A DNA stretch of 64,000 bases from Dendrobates tinctorius (GCF_039654945.1 NW_027361829.1:23312001-23376000), one strand, 5' to 3'; numbered from the stretch's first letter, positions 1-14,079 are shown. Notes: a model not told the origin generated them from the sequence alone. Program-made: numbers and translations.

Positions 1-1418
1 AACACTGACAGCAGGCATTTAACTAAAGCTTCCGGCGCGCGGCAGGAAATACGTGCATTGCCAAATCCCATCGCGTATTTGGGGGTCAGCGATGCGTTGC
101 CATAACAACCTGAGGCGATCAAAAGAACGTATCTGCACAAAAGTGGTATCATTAAAAACGTCAGCTCAGCATGCAAAAAATAAGCCCTCACCCAACGCGA
201 TACTACAAAAAAATGGATACGCTATGGGTCTCGGAAAATGGTGAAATTTTTTTTCTTCTTTAGCAATCTTTGGAATTTTTTTTCACCACTTAGGATGCGT
301 TCAGGTTTTTTTGCAGCGGTTTTTACCGCGAAAACGCGAAAAACAGCATCCCATGCAATCCTATGGGATCCGCAGCATGCTCATTTTGCGGAATCGCGGC
401 AATTCCGCCCACATAGGAATGTATTGTTCTGCTTACTTTCCGCATCTGTGCCCACCATGCGAAAAGTAAGCAGAACATTTGCGGCTGGTACCCCCGGTCC
501 GGAGGAGAGGAGACTGTCCTCCAGGCTATGGGTACCATATGCCTGTAAAAAATAGAATTAAAGTTTAAAAATCGGGTTATATTCACCTTCCGACGTCCCG
601 CGCAGCGTCCCCAGGCTTCAGCGGAAGGTCCCGTTCCCAGTGATGCATTGCGATGACCTTTGTGGATGTCGCGTCTTGCGATGCTGTAGCGGTCTCGCGA
701 GACCGCGACGTCAAAGGTCATTGCCGCAATGCATCACTGGGAATGGGACCTGGCGTGGGACATCGGAAGGTGAATATAACCCGATTAATTTTTTTAATTT
801 TTAACATTAGATCTTTTTACTAGTGATGCTGCATAGGCAGCCTCAATAGTAAAAAGTTGGTCACACTAGTCAAACACTATATTTGACGAGTGTGACCAAC
901 CTGTCAATCAGTTCTCCAAGCGATGCTACAGATCGATTGGAAAACACTAGCATTCTGCAAGCTAATTACGCTTGCAAATCGCTAGTTTTTCTGCGGGAAA
1001 ATAGTGGGAATTTAAAATGCGATTTTCCCGAGGAATGGAATTCCGGCGGTAACTTCCGCGGGAATTCCGCTACGTGTGAACCCAGCCTTAGAGAAAAGAG
1101 AACCTAGACATGTTTGGTGTCTATGAACTCGTAATGACCTGGAGAATCATAACGGCAGGTCAGTTTTAGCATTTAATGAACCTAGCAAAAAAGCTAAAAC
1201 AAAACAAGTGTGGGATTGCACTTTTTTTTGCAATTTCACCGCACTTGGAATTTTTTTCCAGTTTTCCAGTACACTACATGGTAAAACCAATGTCATTCAA
1301 AAGTACAACTCGTCCCGCAAAAAATAAGCCCTCACATGGCCATATTGATGGAAAAATAAAAAAGTTAGGGCTCCGAGAAGGGGGCGAAAAACGAAAAAAA
1401 GCTCTGGTCATGAAGAGG
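1..1418. mobile_element. piggyBac-type non-autonomous element (one end only), interrupted by a Harbinger MITE
   Basis: Ends ...GTCATGAAGAGG+TTAA (1419-1422); body is an inverted homologue of 4050-4480. Confidence 0.7.
293..1087. mobile_element. Harbinger-type MITE (palindromic core)
   Basis: TTA on both sides; removing it restores the host sequence caccacTTAga..aaagaacctag. Right TIR GTGTGAACCCAGCC; same family as 17066-17954 in the opposite orientation. Confidence 0.75.
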
Positions 1419-1903
1419 TTAATATCAGCCAGCAGTTGTATGCCTAGCCTTTGCTGGTTAGATTTTACAGGCAGACCCCATGTCCATTTTTTTCTGGGGG
1501 ACCCCTGTAAACTAGCCAGTAAAGTCTAATCAAACAGCTATGAGCTGGTATTAATAGCCTGGAAACCTTTATGGCTATTGGCTCCTTTCCAGAACATTAA
1601 CAGCCCGCAGCTGAATATTAAAATTATGCGGGAGCCCGAACAATTTTTTTTTCTTTAAAATTAACAGTTGCTGTCTGGTTACAGCCTATGAATGTTCGTT
1701 CTGTTAACGTTCCTACGTAGGCGGGTGACAATGTGTGTTTGCTTAACGGCTTAGTAATGAGGGTGTTGGGCTGACACCTTTTCATTACTAAGCCTAGAGC
1801 TCGGTGTCAATGAGAGTAGGGGACACCAAGCCCTAATCCCATTATTCTGATGCTACTGCATGAGCATGAAAAAGGTGGTGTTGAACCAAGAAATTACATC
1901 AAA

Positions 1904-1937
<34 letters not shown>

Positions 1938-2026
1938 AAACACGCGTCAAAAATGTGTGTTTTTTTCCGCAGCGTCCTTACTGCCAAGAGATGCAGAAAC
2001 CTTGCAGAAATTTCTGCAAGCAAATA

Positions 2027-2910
2027 CCGTATTTTTCGCTTTATAACATGCATCTGATTATAAGATGCACCCCCAAATTTGGTGAACAAGAGAAAACATT
2101 TTTTTTTTTATGTTAATTGGAGGTCTGTCTTAAAATGCCAGTGTCCATATTTCAAATCATGCATGTCCCTCAACCTGGTATAAATATAACCCCCATCCTG
2201 GCACATGGCCCCCCCTGTGCTGCTCGTACACTGGCATATTGCCCCCTTGTGTTGGCACATAGCCCCCACATCCCATCCTGGATAGGGCACCCCCTTCTCT
2301 ATATGCCCCCCTCGGTCACTACATGCCCCCCTGCTGATGACACGCACATGGCCCCCCCGCTGGCACGCACATGGCCCCCCTCCTCTGTATATGCCCCTCT
2401 GCTGGCATGCACATGGCCCCCCCTCTCTCCATATGCCCCCCCTGCTGGCAAGCACATGGCCCCCCGTCACCATATTCCCAATGCTGGCATGCACATGGCT
2501 ACACCGTCACTATTTCCCCATGCTGGAACGCACATGATAAAATAAACACTTAACTCACCTTCCGATGACGGCTCCGTGCTCCCAACTTCCCGTGGCTCTT
2601 CCTGTGTCTGTGCGGACATCCTCACCAGACCGCATTCATCCTTTCACTATTGCCATTTTCCCTCTGCGAAGGTGCGTGACAGGAGCTGCTCATACAGGCA
2701 CGTCATTGTAGCTTCAGGACCTTCCGTCACATGACCGCAGTGCACACTGGGAGTCACGTGACTGCAGGTCCTAGTGGTCATCACTGCAGAGCCGCCCTCC
2801 TCCTCTATAGCACAGCACACATTCGGATTATAAGCCGCACCCCCCCCCCCCCACACTTTCCTCCAAAATCTGGGGGAACAAAAGTGCCTTTTATAATCCA
2901 AAAAATACGG
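2027..2910. mobile_element. pogo/Tc2-like non-autonomous element with internal GC-rich tandem repeats
   Basis: TA-CCGTATTTTTCG ... AAAAAATACGG-TA termini; degenerate GCACATGGCCCCCC repeats 2190-2535. Confidence 0.7.
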
Positions 2911-3153
2911 TACTCAACATGTGCAAATAGCCTAATAGTTCCAAAATACCTCTGTCACAAACTAGTCTGTACATGTAAAGATCAGATCTGTTTTATCGGT
3001 GGCACAGTCATCTTTGCCATCTTAGAAACATGATCCGACAAGTGGAACAATTCTCTGCTGTTGGCAATTTTTGGATCATATCATACCGGTGGTAAAAGGA
3101 ATTAAAAACAATTTCACTTGGATACAAAAAAAAAAAAATAGACAAAAACCAAC

Positions 3154-3196
3154 CTTCTTAACAGAGAAGCTGATACCAGAGTTATGGATGGCATAC
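3154..3196 (-). CDS. MLH1: MLH1 exon 7 (YAIHNSGISFSVKK)
   Basis: Acceptor tgtgcag, donor AAG|gttggt; 43 nt. Confidence 0.95.
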
Positions 3197-3302
3197 CTGC
3201 ACAGAAAGAACATTTCTATAGTTTATTTTTTTCACAAGTCAGATATGACTCATTTATACTATTGTTTGTCATTTTCTACATACTATTATAGCAAAATATT
3301 AC

Positions 3303-3394
3303 CTGCTGACTACGTCCACTATTCTCGCATGTTCTTCACTTGCACTTTTGAGTGCTTTTCGCCTTGTAGATATATTATAAAATAGGTCTTCAAC
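3303..3394 (-). CDS. MLH1: MLH1 exon 6 ([31 protein letters not shown])
   Basis: Acceptor ctttcag, donor CAG|gtaata; 92 nt. Confidence 0.97.
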
Positions 3395-4501
3395 CTGAAA
3401 GACATATTTTAGAGCATGAAAATGGATGATCATAGTGTTAAAAAGTTAGAGTTTGTACCAAGTTTGCAAGGTACCCCTTGTCCATAGGTTTGGAAATATT
3501 GTCTTGATCACTGGTGGTCTGGATGCTCAAACCTCCACTGACCTCGAGGACAAGGCTCTGAAGAAACCCCATCTAAATAGAGTGGAAAATGAGAATGCGG
3601 ACCTATATTCCATTCATTCTTAATGGGAGTACCCAAGAACAGCAGAGTGCTGAGCTAGAATATCTCAGTCTGCCCTTTTAGAATGAATGGAGTGATGTGC
3701 ACAAGATCAACCTCTACTTCATTTGGTGTGGGACCCAACAGTCAGAAATTTACCTTGTAACACAGGTGCATAACCTGCGTTCCACACTGCGGTTGGTTGT
3801 GGCCTCTGCTCTACTAGACAGAAACACAACTGATCCTACAGCCTATGCCATCAGATGTGCCTGTGTGAACATCACCGACGCCAGCCCTTGCAGAGCTCCA
3901 GAGACAGGTTTTTCTGCAGTGAAGCGCACTGATTGGTTAATACAGATTTCAGGCATACAGTTATAGACTGCCTGTGTATCAGGTGACATTCAGTAATAAG
4001 CTCTTTACTATAGGAAGACGTGCTCAGAGGTTAAAATTCCTTTCTTTAACCCTCGGAGATATTTTCGTTTTTTGCTCCCCTTCTTGCCAGAGCGCCATAA
4101 CTTTTTTTTATTTTTCCGTCAATATGGCCATGTGAGGGCTTGTTTTTTGCCGGACGAGTTGTACTTTTGAATGACACCATTGGTTTTACTGTGTCATGTA
4201 ATAGAAAATGGGGAAAAAATTCCAACTGCGGTGAAATTGCAAAAAAAAGTGCAATCCTACACTTGCTTTTGTTTTGCTTTTTTACTAGGTTCACTAAATG
4301 CTAAAACTGACTTGTCATTATGATTCTCCAGGTCATTATGAGTTCAGACAGCAAACATGTCTAGGTTCTTTTTTATCTAAGTGGTGAAAAAAAAAAATCT
4401 AAACTTTGTTAAAAAAAAAAAAAATATTGCGCCAATTTCCGATACCTGTAGCGTCTCCATTTTTCGTGATCTCGGATTGGGTGAGGGCTCATTTTTTGTG
4501 T

Positions 4502-4732
4502 GGGCGTCACTGTGGCTCAGTGGTTAGCTGCAGCGTTGGGTTCCTGGGTTCGAATCCCACCAAGGACAACATCTGCAAGGAGTTTGTATGTTCTTCCCGT
4601 GTTCGCGTGGGTTTCCTCCCACATTCTAAAGACATACTAATAGGGAATTTAGATTATGAGCCCCATCGGGGACAGTGATGATAATGTGTGCAAACTGTAT
4701 AAAAATAAAGATTATTATTATTATTATTATTA
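4502..4732 (+). mobile_element. tRNA-derived SINE (V-SINE-like)
   Basis: A box TGGCTCAGTGG, B box GGTTCGAATCC, GGAGTTTGTATGTTCT..GCGTGGGTTTCCTCC core, (TTA)n tail, TTGTGT direct repeats at 4496-4501 and 4733-4738. Confidence 0.85.
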
Positions 4733-4964
4733 TTGTGTACCGAGCTGACATTTTTAATGATACCATTTTGGTGCAGATACACGATCTTTAATGCAATGTC
4801 GTAGCGACCAAAAAAACGTAATTTTGGCGTTTTGACTTTTTCTCGCTATGCCATTTAGCGATCAGGTTAGTTTTTTTTTTTTTAATTGATCAGGCGATTC
4901 TGAACGCGGTGATACCAAATGTGTGTAGGTTTGATTTTTTTTTTTTTTTTTTTTTTATTGGTTT

Positions 4965-6024
4965 ACTGTCCATTCTTAACTCTGGTGCCCGACTAATTCA
5001 TCTCTCTCCTCGCTACTCCTCCGCTTCTCCCCTCTGCAGATCTCTTTACTGGCTCCCATTCCCTCAGTGTATCCAATTCAAATTACTAATACTGACCTAC
5101 AAGGCCATCTATAACCTGTCTCCTCCACATATCTCTGAATTAATCTCCTGATATCTTCCCTCACGTAATCTTCGATCCTCCCAAGACCTCCTTCTCTCCT
5201 CCACACTTATTCACTCCTCACCCAACCACCTCCAAGACTTCTCCCAAATAGCCCCCATCCTCTGGAATTCTTTGCTCCAACACGTCCGGCTATCACCACA
5301 CTCGGATCCTTCAGACGGAACCTGAAAACCCATCTCTTCAGGAAAGCCTACAGCCTGCAATGATCCCCGCTGCCCCTTCACCACTACTGGAGCCACCGCC
5401 TCACCATCACTGGAGCTGCTGCAACCCCCCCAACCTACTGCCGCCTTCCCCACCATCCTGTAGAATGTAAGCCCGCAAGGGCAGGGTCCTCTCTCCCCTC
5501 TGTATCAGTCTGTGATTGTTAGTTTGTTCACTGTAAAGGGGGTTTTACACTAAGCGATATCGCTAGCAATATCGCTAAAACGTCACTGGTTTTGTGACGT
5601 TATAGCGATATTGCTAGCGATATCGCTATGTGTGATACTTACCAGCGACCGGCTCCCCCGCTGTCCATCGCTGATCGCGCGAGAATGTCCGGCTCCATTT
5701 CTCGTCGGGCGCTTCCTGCTGAGACTTCCTGCTGTGACGACGAGCGACGCTGGACGCGGGCGGGAGGACGCAGGATCGCTGTGTGTGAATGGTAAGTATC
5801 GTGCGCTGCGTCGCTGCTGCATCGCTGTGAGATCTTTCTGTATGAAAGCTCACTAGCGATCATTTAGCGATGCACCAGCGATCCTGACCGGGTCGGATCG
5901 CTGGTTGGATCGCTGGTGCATCGCTAAATGTAAAAGGGCCTTAAGTGATATCTGTAATTTGTATGTAACCCCTTCTCAGGTACAGCACCATGGAATCAAT
6001 GGCGCTATATAAATAAATAATAAT
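4965..6024 (+). mobile_element. L2-clade LINE 3' fragment (degenerate ORF2 end + 3'UTR)
   Basis: Translates to SILNSGARLIHLSPRYSSASPLCRSLYWLP..., homologous to 26450-26860; tail GGCGCTATATAAATAAATAATAAT. Confidence 0.85.
5537..5941. mobile_element. Harbinger-type MITE, AGCGAT-rich family
   Basis: TAA TSD (5534-5536 and 5942-5944); TIRs AGGGGGTTTTACAC / TGTAAAAGGGCCT; many AGCGAT/ATCGCT sub-terminal motifs. Confidence 0.8.
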
Positions 6025-6964
6025 GGGGCGAAAGGGGGGGCAATTTGAACTTTAGTTCTTTATAATTTTTAAAAACTTTTTTTTTTTTTTTTCCCTTCTT
6101 CACTTTTGGCATGTTTAAATAGTCTCCATGGGAGACTAGAAGATGCCATAACCCAATCGGCTCTGGTACATAGAGGTGATGATCAGTTTGCCTCTATGTG
6201 GTAGAAGTACTCACTTACTATGAGCGTCGACCACTGGGTGGCGCTGACAGCAAGCTGGCACTGACAACTATAGAGGTCTCCAGGAGACCTCCGGTTGTCA
6301 TGCCAACACACCAGTGACCCGCGATCATGTGACGGGGGTCACCGATGGGCAGATTTCCAGCGCGGTTGCCGGAAGCGCATGTTAAGTGCCGCTGTCAGCA
6401 CTTGACAGCGGCATTTAACCCGTTAATAGCAGCAGGTGGATCGCGATTCCTCTCGTGGCTAATGCGGGCACATGTCAGCTGTTCAAAACAGCTGACATGT
6501 CCCAGGAAAGATGTGGGCTCACTGCCAAAGCCCACATGAAAGGGAGGGAGTCCGACATCATCGTACTATTAAGCCCGAAGTCGGAAAGGGGTTAAACATA
6601 GATTTCAGTGAACAGCATTATACAGGGCTGGTTAGGCAGGTAATTTAGTTATCTATATGTGAATGCTTGTGTGTTCGAGGGCATGGGGGACCTGACACAT
6701 TTGAATTTAAAGAGGGCCACTCATTTATCATCGAAGAAGCCATCTGAATATTGTACGTGCATTTTTGCCAAGTGTATGCTTATACATTAAAGTGGGTGAA
6801 AATGCTGCAAAACTATGAGAACTTTGACATGCTGCAGATTTGAAACAGCTTCAAATTTGCAAGGAAAAAATATGCAAAGTGTGCATGAGTCTTAAACAAT
6901 CTCATTCGCTTGACTGGGACAGTAAAATGCTGCATTTTTTGCAGAAAAAAAAAAAAAAAATAAT

Positions 6965-7060
6965 CAGGGCTGAGGAGTCGGAGCCCATTTTGGTGGAGTC
7001 GGAGTCATGGAAATTGAGAAGTTGGAGTCAGAGGTTTGGCTTACCTACTCCACCGCCCTG
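6965..7060. mobile_element. short hAT-like MITE (CAGGGCTG..GGAGTCGG..CCCTG)
   Basis: CAGGG/CCCTG termini and GGAGTC repeats; TSD not preserved. Confidence 0.5.
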
Positions 7061-7493
7061 GAAAAAGTTGCAGACATGTGAACACAGCCATAGTTTATAG
7101 CGCCAGTCTGATGGTCCATAGGCTTACACTGTAAGAGTCATTTCCGGGTACGCAGTGGGTAGTGTGACCCGAAGAGTCTGAACAACGGTGACATCACTGA
7201 GAAGAGGAGCTGGATACCAGAGAAGACAGAGGTAGGCGAGTATATGCGTATAAAGGTTAATGGGAGGGCTTCTTCAAGGATAACTGCAGTGTTAATGCTC
7301 CATTTATTGTAAATTACACTACCAGAGACATTAGCATAGCACTCCTCTACTGCCTGTACTCATTTGCACAACAACATGAATAAATCATAACACACCAAGC
7401 TGGTCATAACCCTTTAAGTAAAACAGCAAGAAAATGTGGCACATCTGCACTATAGGATAGGGGATATATTCCAAACTTGGTACAAATCCTTTA

Positions 7494-7628
<135 letters not shown>

Positions 7629-7737
7629 CTAAGGATATTGTTCAATAGGCTAATTCAAGGAACACCTAGGAAAGTGCCTGTTAGTAATGCCTACCAGGGG
7701 CAAGCTTCTTTTGTTTTCACGGCTGTTATTTTTCTTA

Positions 7738-7845
<108 letters not shown>

Positions 7846-10800
7846 TCACAAAATTAATGAAGGGTTGAGCAAACACCCCTGACGTCTAATCAGAATCCAA
7901 CTCTTAGGGTCCCGTTACATTTAGCGATGCATTAGCGATCCCAACAACGATACGACCCGGTCAGGATCGCTGGTGCATCGCTAAATGGTCGCTAGTGAGC
8001 TGCCAAACAGGCAGATCTCACCAGCGACGCAGCAGCGATGAGCGATCAATCAAGTTTTCATACAACAGTCCCACTCTACATTTAAAGAGGTCTTGTGTTA
8101 AGACCTAGTTTTCAATAGTAGCAATGAAAAAAAAAAAAAAAAAAAAAAAATCACAATGAATGTTTTCCCTGTTTAGAAAATATAAGGGTATTTTTACTTT
8201 CTGCTCCAAAAACTAAGCATGAAGACTCAGCAGGCACAAACCTCTTACAGCGCCACTCTACCTTTTCATTCTTGCCCAAAGTTTAGTACAAAAGTCAGGA
8301 AAAGTTACAGAGGAAGAAAAACATGGTTTATAAGGCATACTGCCATTGTAGCATCTGAAGACTGCCTGGTTCCCGTCTTCTTGCACAGTTTCTTGCCATC
8401 TAATTTAGCCTCTTAAGGTATGGGCAATTAGTAGTTACACTTTTGCTTTTCCTTCCCCTTCTTCCAACAGCCATCAATATTTTTCCTTCAACATAGCCAT
8501 AGGAGGGTTGGTTAATTTTCGGAACAGGTTTTAAGTGACACCATTTATTTACCATATAATGTAGTAAAAAGTGGGAAAAAAATTCCAAGCACCATGCACT
8601 AGTGACAAAAACGAGATTACAATGCGTATGGTGTAGTAAAAAGGACTTAAGAACAAGATTCTCCTGTTCAGTGCAAATACTGTGAACTCAAACTAGAAGT
8701 ATGTAAAATAAATAGCTTCCTTTTTTTTGGGGGGGGGTGTTGTGTCGCCGTATTCTGAGACTCTTAATGGTTTTAATTTTCCCTCGTTGGACCTGTTGGC
8801 TGCTTGGTTCTTTGTATGTTATGCTGACATTTTTATAGATGACATTTTAGGGTACATAAGACGTTATGATGGCTTTTATTGCTTTTTTTGTGTGGAATTG
8901 GGCTGACCTAAAGATGCCAGGGGGAGAGAGGGAGAGGGGGAGAGAGGGAGATACAGCAGCACATGTACATGAATCTAGGCCATGTGAAAAACATTAAACC
9001 ATTCAAGTTAGATAATAATCCTCAAAAATATATATATATTTTTTTTTTTTTTTAACTTACAGCAAGATGAAAATGAAGGTTCTTAGTGCACAAATTGGCC
9101 AATTCATGTAAGCCAATCAACCATGGCAAGGTGACCTCCCCCTGATGAGTCCCTGCTCTACCGTTCATAAGCCACTTCTGGGCCACCAGCCTACAATTTT
9201 GGACAAACATGTCACTACCGGGCTAAACCCCCGTTACACATAACAATGTCCCAGCGATCCCACCAACGATCCGACATGATGGGATCGCTGCGACATCGTT
9301 AGACAGCCCCAGCGATCAGGACCAGCGACACTGGTTTCTAACGTAAACGTGCTGCTGTATTCTATTCTTTTTCTCTATATTGTGCAGTTTTTGCAGCTTG
9401 CACGTGTTCACACAAGGAGATGCTGGTTGTTTTTTTTATTTTTATATAAATTACATACATACACGCTGCTCAAAAAAAACAAGGGAACACTATTCTATTT
9501 GCAACAGGCTGTTTGTGTTCCCTTTATGTTTTTGAGCAGTATAGTTTGTCGATTCTCTGTGCTTTTGGATGGATTTGTGAATTAGTTCACTAGGTTTGCC
9601 ATTCTCTTCTTTTAATGAATTTATGAGAAAAATATTCTATTATATCGTATGAACCAGCAATTCAATACAAAAGGTTGGGCCTCTGGACTTTAATCACCAT
9701 AAGAGACTGAATAGTAGTAGACAGAATTAAAGCGGTGTTGATGCCCATAATTTTATCCTTTTGAAAATCTCCCTTTGCAGGATCCAAGAGTGACTTTGGG
9801 TCCAAGTAACCCCATGGATGAAGGAGATTATGGTACTCAATATCCACATTGCTTTACTCACAGTTGGAAGTGGACTGAGCACAAGAGATTACTACCCTTT
9901 TTTTCCTTCTAGGAGAAAACACTTGACGGTTTGAATCTAGGAGAATCAATTCCAGGCCTGAGTTTAACTCTCTAGATTTACCCTACCTCATCTGTAGTTG
10001 TATTAAGGACAACATGACAGCCTTGACCAGGCTCTTGCAGTGTAGACTGGACTTGCTGACTACCAGGAATTTGTCAATAATTATATTTCTTTTTCATATG
10101 TGAGCTGACAATTCAGAAACTATTTTTCTAAATATCTGTGGTGGTGCCAAAAGGGGATGGCCTAGAATGGAAAATTGCAATTGTTCCCCCACATTCTTTG
10201 TGCCACAGTTCGGATCTTTTAATCATCTTCCCGGATGGGGGGGGGGATGTGATAGTTGGCATCCTTTACATTAATCACTGCCATAAAACAATCAGGATAA
10301 AAAAAGATTCACTGTAGAGCTGACGGATTCAAGTCTAAACAATTTGAATTTAGGAATTTGTTCAGATTTATGATAGTCCGGTAGGGAGAATCATAGAATA
10401 TTAAGAGTTGGAAGGGACCTCAGGGGTCGTCATGTTCAACTCCCTGCTCAATGCAGAATTCATTAAACCATCTCAAATTTATGTTTGTCAAACCTCTATT
10501 TGTACACTTCCTTTGAAAGAGAACTCACCAACTTTCAAGGGAGCCTGTTCCATTCATTGATCACCCTGTCAAAAAATTTTTTTCTAATATCTAATCTATA
10601 TTTTCTCCATTTCAGTTTCATTCCATTGCTTCTTGTGTTTTCATGTACAAATGAGAACAAGGATGATCCCTCTACACTGCGACATCCCTTCAGATGTTTG
10701 TAGACAACTATTAAGTCTCATCTTAACCTTCTTTTTTGCAAGCTAAACTTTCCCAGATCCTTTAACCGTTCCTCGTAGGACATATTTTGCAGTCCCCTCA

Positions 10801-11162
10801 TCATTCTGGTAGCTCGTCTCTGAACTTGCTCCAGTTTTTCAATTTATTTTTTTTTAAATGTGCCCAAAACTGGACACAGTATTCCAGAGGCGGTCTGACC
10901 AAGGAGTGGCGGCAGATAATTACTTCAAGTGATCTACACTCCATGCTTCTCTTAATACATCCTAGAACTGTGTTTACCTTTTTTTCCTGCTGCATCACAC
11001 TGCTGACTCATGTGCAGTATGTGATCTATTAGTATATCCAAGTCTTTTTCACACGTGCTGTTTTTCAGTTGTATTCCTCCAATTTTGTAGATGCAATTAT
11101 AGATTTAATTATTGCCCAGATGTAGAATCTTGCATTTCTCACGCTTAAATACCATTCTATAA

Positions 11163-11523
11163 AGGCCCCTTTACATTTAGCGATGCACCAGCAATCCCGA
11201 CCACGATACGACCCGGTCAGGATCGCTGGTGCATCGCTAAATGGTCGCTAGTGAGCTGCCACACAGGCAGATCTCACAGCGACGAAGCGACGCAGCAGCA
11301 GTCGTTACTTACCTTTCAGACGCGGCGATCCCGACGTCCTCCCGCCTGCGTCCACGCGTCGCTCGTCGGCGCCAGCAGGAAGCGCCCGACGAGAAATGGA
11401 GCTGCGCGATCAGCGACAGACAGCGGGGGAGCCGGTCGTAGGCAAGTATCACACATAGCGATATCGCTGCTGCGTCACAAAATCAGTGACGCTTTAGCGA
11501 TATCGCTATGTGTAAAGCCCCCT
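11163..11523. mobile_element. Harbinger-type AGCGAT MITE nested in CR1
   Basis: AGGCCCCTTTACA ... TGTAAAGCCCCCT termini with TWA flanks. Confidence 0.8.
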
Positions 11524-11590
11524 TTAGTGACTGCCCATTGTTCAAGCTCATCAAGATCCTTCTGAATCCTCTCTGTCTTTTCTAGTGTTA

Positions 11591-11942
11591 GGGTACCGTT
11601 ACACTTAGCGATGCATCAGCGATCCCGACAACGATATGGATCGCTGGTGCATCGCTAAGTGGTCGCTAGTGAGCTGCCACACAGGCAGATCTCACCAGCG
11701 ACATCGCAGGGGGTCGCTACTTACCTGTCAGACGCGGCAATCCTAACGTCCTCCCGCCCGCGTCCGCGCCACAGAAAGCACAGCAGGAAGCGCCCGACGA
11801 GAAATGATCCAGGACCTTCTTGCGCGACCAGCGATGAGCAGCGGGGGAGCCGGTCGGAGGTAAGTATCAGACATAGCGATATCGCTAGCAATATCGCTAT
11901 AACGTCACAAAATCGGTGATATCGCTACGTGTAACGGGGGCT
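11591..11942. mobile_element. Harbinger-type AGCGAT MITE nested in CR1
   Basis: TTA-GGGTACCGTTACAC ... GTGTAACGGGGGCT-TAA. Confidence 0.8.
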
Positions 11943-12445
11943 TAAGTTGTCCCTCCTAGATTTGCATTGTCTGCAAATTTGATCAGTTTACCTTCAGTTC
12001 CCTCATCTAGATCATTTATAAAATTATTGGACAACAATAGGGCCAGGACACAGCCTTATGGTACTCTACTTGAAACACCCTTCCAAATGGATGTGCAACC
12101 AATTACCACTCTGAGTACGATCACTGAGCAAGTTACGAATCCACCTAACTGTAGCCTGGTCAATCCTATACTTGGGTCATTTTTTTTTTTTTTTTTTTAA
12201 CAAGCACAGTATGAAATACTTTATCAAGAACTTTGTTCATGTCGAGATATACTATGTCTACTGCACTTCCCTAATCTAATCCACCCAATCAGTGATTCCA
12301 TCATAGAGGGAAATTAGATTAGTCTTGCCCAACTTGTTTGCTACTAACCCATGCTGGCTCTGGTTAATTACTGTATTCTTATGCAAGTACTTACATACAT
12401 GCTGTTTAATAATTTGTTCAAAGATCTTTCCTGGTACAGAAGTAA

Positions 12446-12800
12446 AAGCCCCGTCACACATAGCGATTTCACCAGCGAGATCGCTTTGTGTGACAGCAAT
12501 CAGCGACCGGCCCCCCTGCCGGTATCGCTGATCGCTCTTGGAAAGCCCTGGACATTTCTTTGATCGCTGGTCTCCCGCTGGCCAGCACGCATCGCTGCGT
12601 GTGACAGGTGGGAGACCAGCTGGTAACTAAGGAAAACGCAGGGTTTCTAAGCACGGCGCTGTGCTTAGAAACCCTCTGTGTACCTTAGTTACCAGCGCGC
12701 TGATGCATGGAGCTGGTAACTAAGGTACACAGAGGGTTTCTAAGTGACGCACGCCCCTTAGAAACCCGATGTGTACCTTAGTTACCAGCTCCCTGCATCA
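12446..12800. mobile_element. Truncated AGCGAT-family MITE with internal hairpins
   Basis: AGCCCCGTCACACATAGCGAT start; two CTGGTAACTAAGG..CCTTAGTTACCAG hairpins (12620-12694, 12713-12789). Confidence 0.65.
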
Positions 12801-13657
12801 GCAGGTTGCAAATCCTCTTGTTCTCTCTTCTAACTTTTGAAAGAAAGTTGTCAGCAAGAGAAGATAAGAATTTTCTGGACCAAGTACTTTTGCCAGAGAG
12901 AGATACCTAACAAATATCTGGATAGTTAAAATTTCTCATGATCACTATATCATACATCTGATGTAAAAAGAGTTCATCCATATATTAAATTTGTGCATGT
13001 GGCCTATAGAAAAACACCTACAATAGAGTGCTTTCTGTTCTTCTCGCCTTGAATTCTTACCCAGTTTCTACAGAGCTACTAGTCTCTGAAGCTTGGATCT
13101 CTGTGGAGATATATGCTTTCCAAACATACAATGCAAAACCTCCTCCCCTTATTAATCATGTTTCTAATAAGTAGCAGCCTTCAAGGTTTGTATTCAAATC
13201 ATGTGTATTATCCCACCAAGTTTCAGTGATGCCTATGACATCATATCCCTTTTCCTTTATTAGCAGCTCCAATTCTCTTTGTTTGTTTCCCATGTTGTGT
13301 GCATTTTTGTGGATACATTTTAGTTTGTAGTCAGTTTCTCTTGCTCTTCTATTTTCATTCAAAGTTTGTTTTTGTTTTTTATTTTCATTTCTGATAGCAG
13401 GGTTCTCAGAATTCATTAGCTAAATATTTTTTCCTTATTTTTTTGTTTATTATAATGAGGAGAGGGTAGAATCCCGAACCTTATTCCTACTTCAGATCCA
13501 ATGTTTTTATCAGATTAACAATATATTTTTTTTCTAATGCCGAATACTCCCCCAAGGCTGCTTTTTTTTTTTTTGTGAGGGAACAGAAAGGAATTCTAGC
13601 TTTTGGTCTTATTCTGTATTGTTGACAATCCATGTGTTTGAAGATATTTAAGCTTAA

Positions 13658-14074
13658 AGTGATTGTCCACTACTAAGACAACCCCTTCTTGATCAAAAGG
13701 TTTGGCTCCTATAAAATAATACGGCTTACACTCACCTTCTGTGCTGGTGCCGTACCCGCAGTGTCAGCACTCTGTCTCACGGGGCTCCCGTACTGAACTC
13801 ACAGGTGACACCAGTGCATAATCAGTGATGGTGTCACTGACCCCGCCTTCTGTCAAATTGAGCAGGAAGAGAAAGTCAGTGATCAGATGCAGCCCGTACT
13901 TCCTCTTCATGTTCAATTTGATTGGGCGCCGGCGTCACAGCACTGCATGAGTGCACCGGGGAGAGCGAGTGTAGACACCATGGGAACGGCACCAAGGTGA
14001 GTATAGGCTTTATTATTTTATCAGGGCCAAACAAACGGTATGACAAGAAGTTGTCCAAGTAGTGGACAACTTCT
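13658..14074. mobile_element. T2/Kolobok-type palindromic MITE
   Basis: TTAA-AGTGATTGTCCACTACT ... AGTAGTGGACAACTTCT-TTAA. Confidence 0.75.
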
Positions 14075-14079
14075 TTAAG

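Larger units (their letters stand above)
4035..6591. mobile_element. piggyBac-type non-autonomous element hosting a SINE, an L2 fragment and a MITE
   Basis: Right end GTCGGAAAGGGG+TTAA (6592-6595); left end degraded; homologous to the element at 1-1418. Confidence 0.65.
10389..13330 (-). mobile_element. CR1 LINE, degenerate and internally deleted, in MLH1 intron 3
   Basis: Minus-strand tail ATTCTATGATT; RT remnants INQSQHGLVANK..TNLISLYD.ITDWVD and RPPLEYCVQFWA; endonuclease remnant YDVIGITETWWDNTHD. Confidence 0.85.

Noticed and set aside
4502-4570. tRNA gene
   Set aside because: The A and B boxes belong to a SINE head; no complete cloverleaf.
9580-10200. Second DIRS-like RT relic on the minus strand
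   Set aside because: Too decayed to support by eye; needs a profile search.
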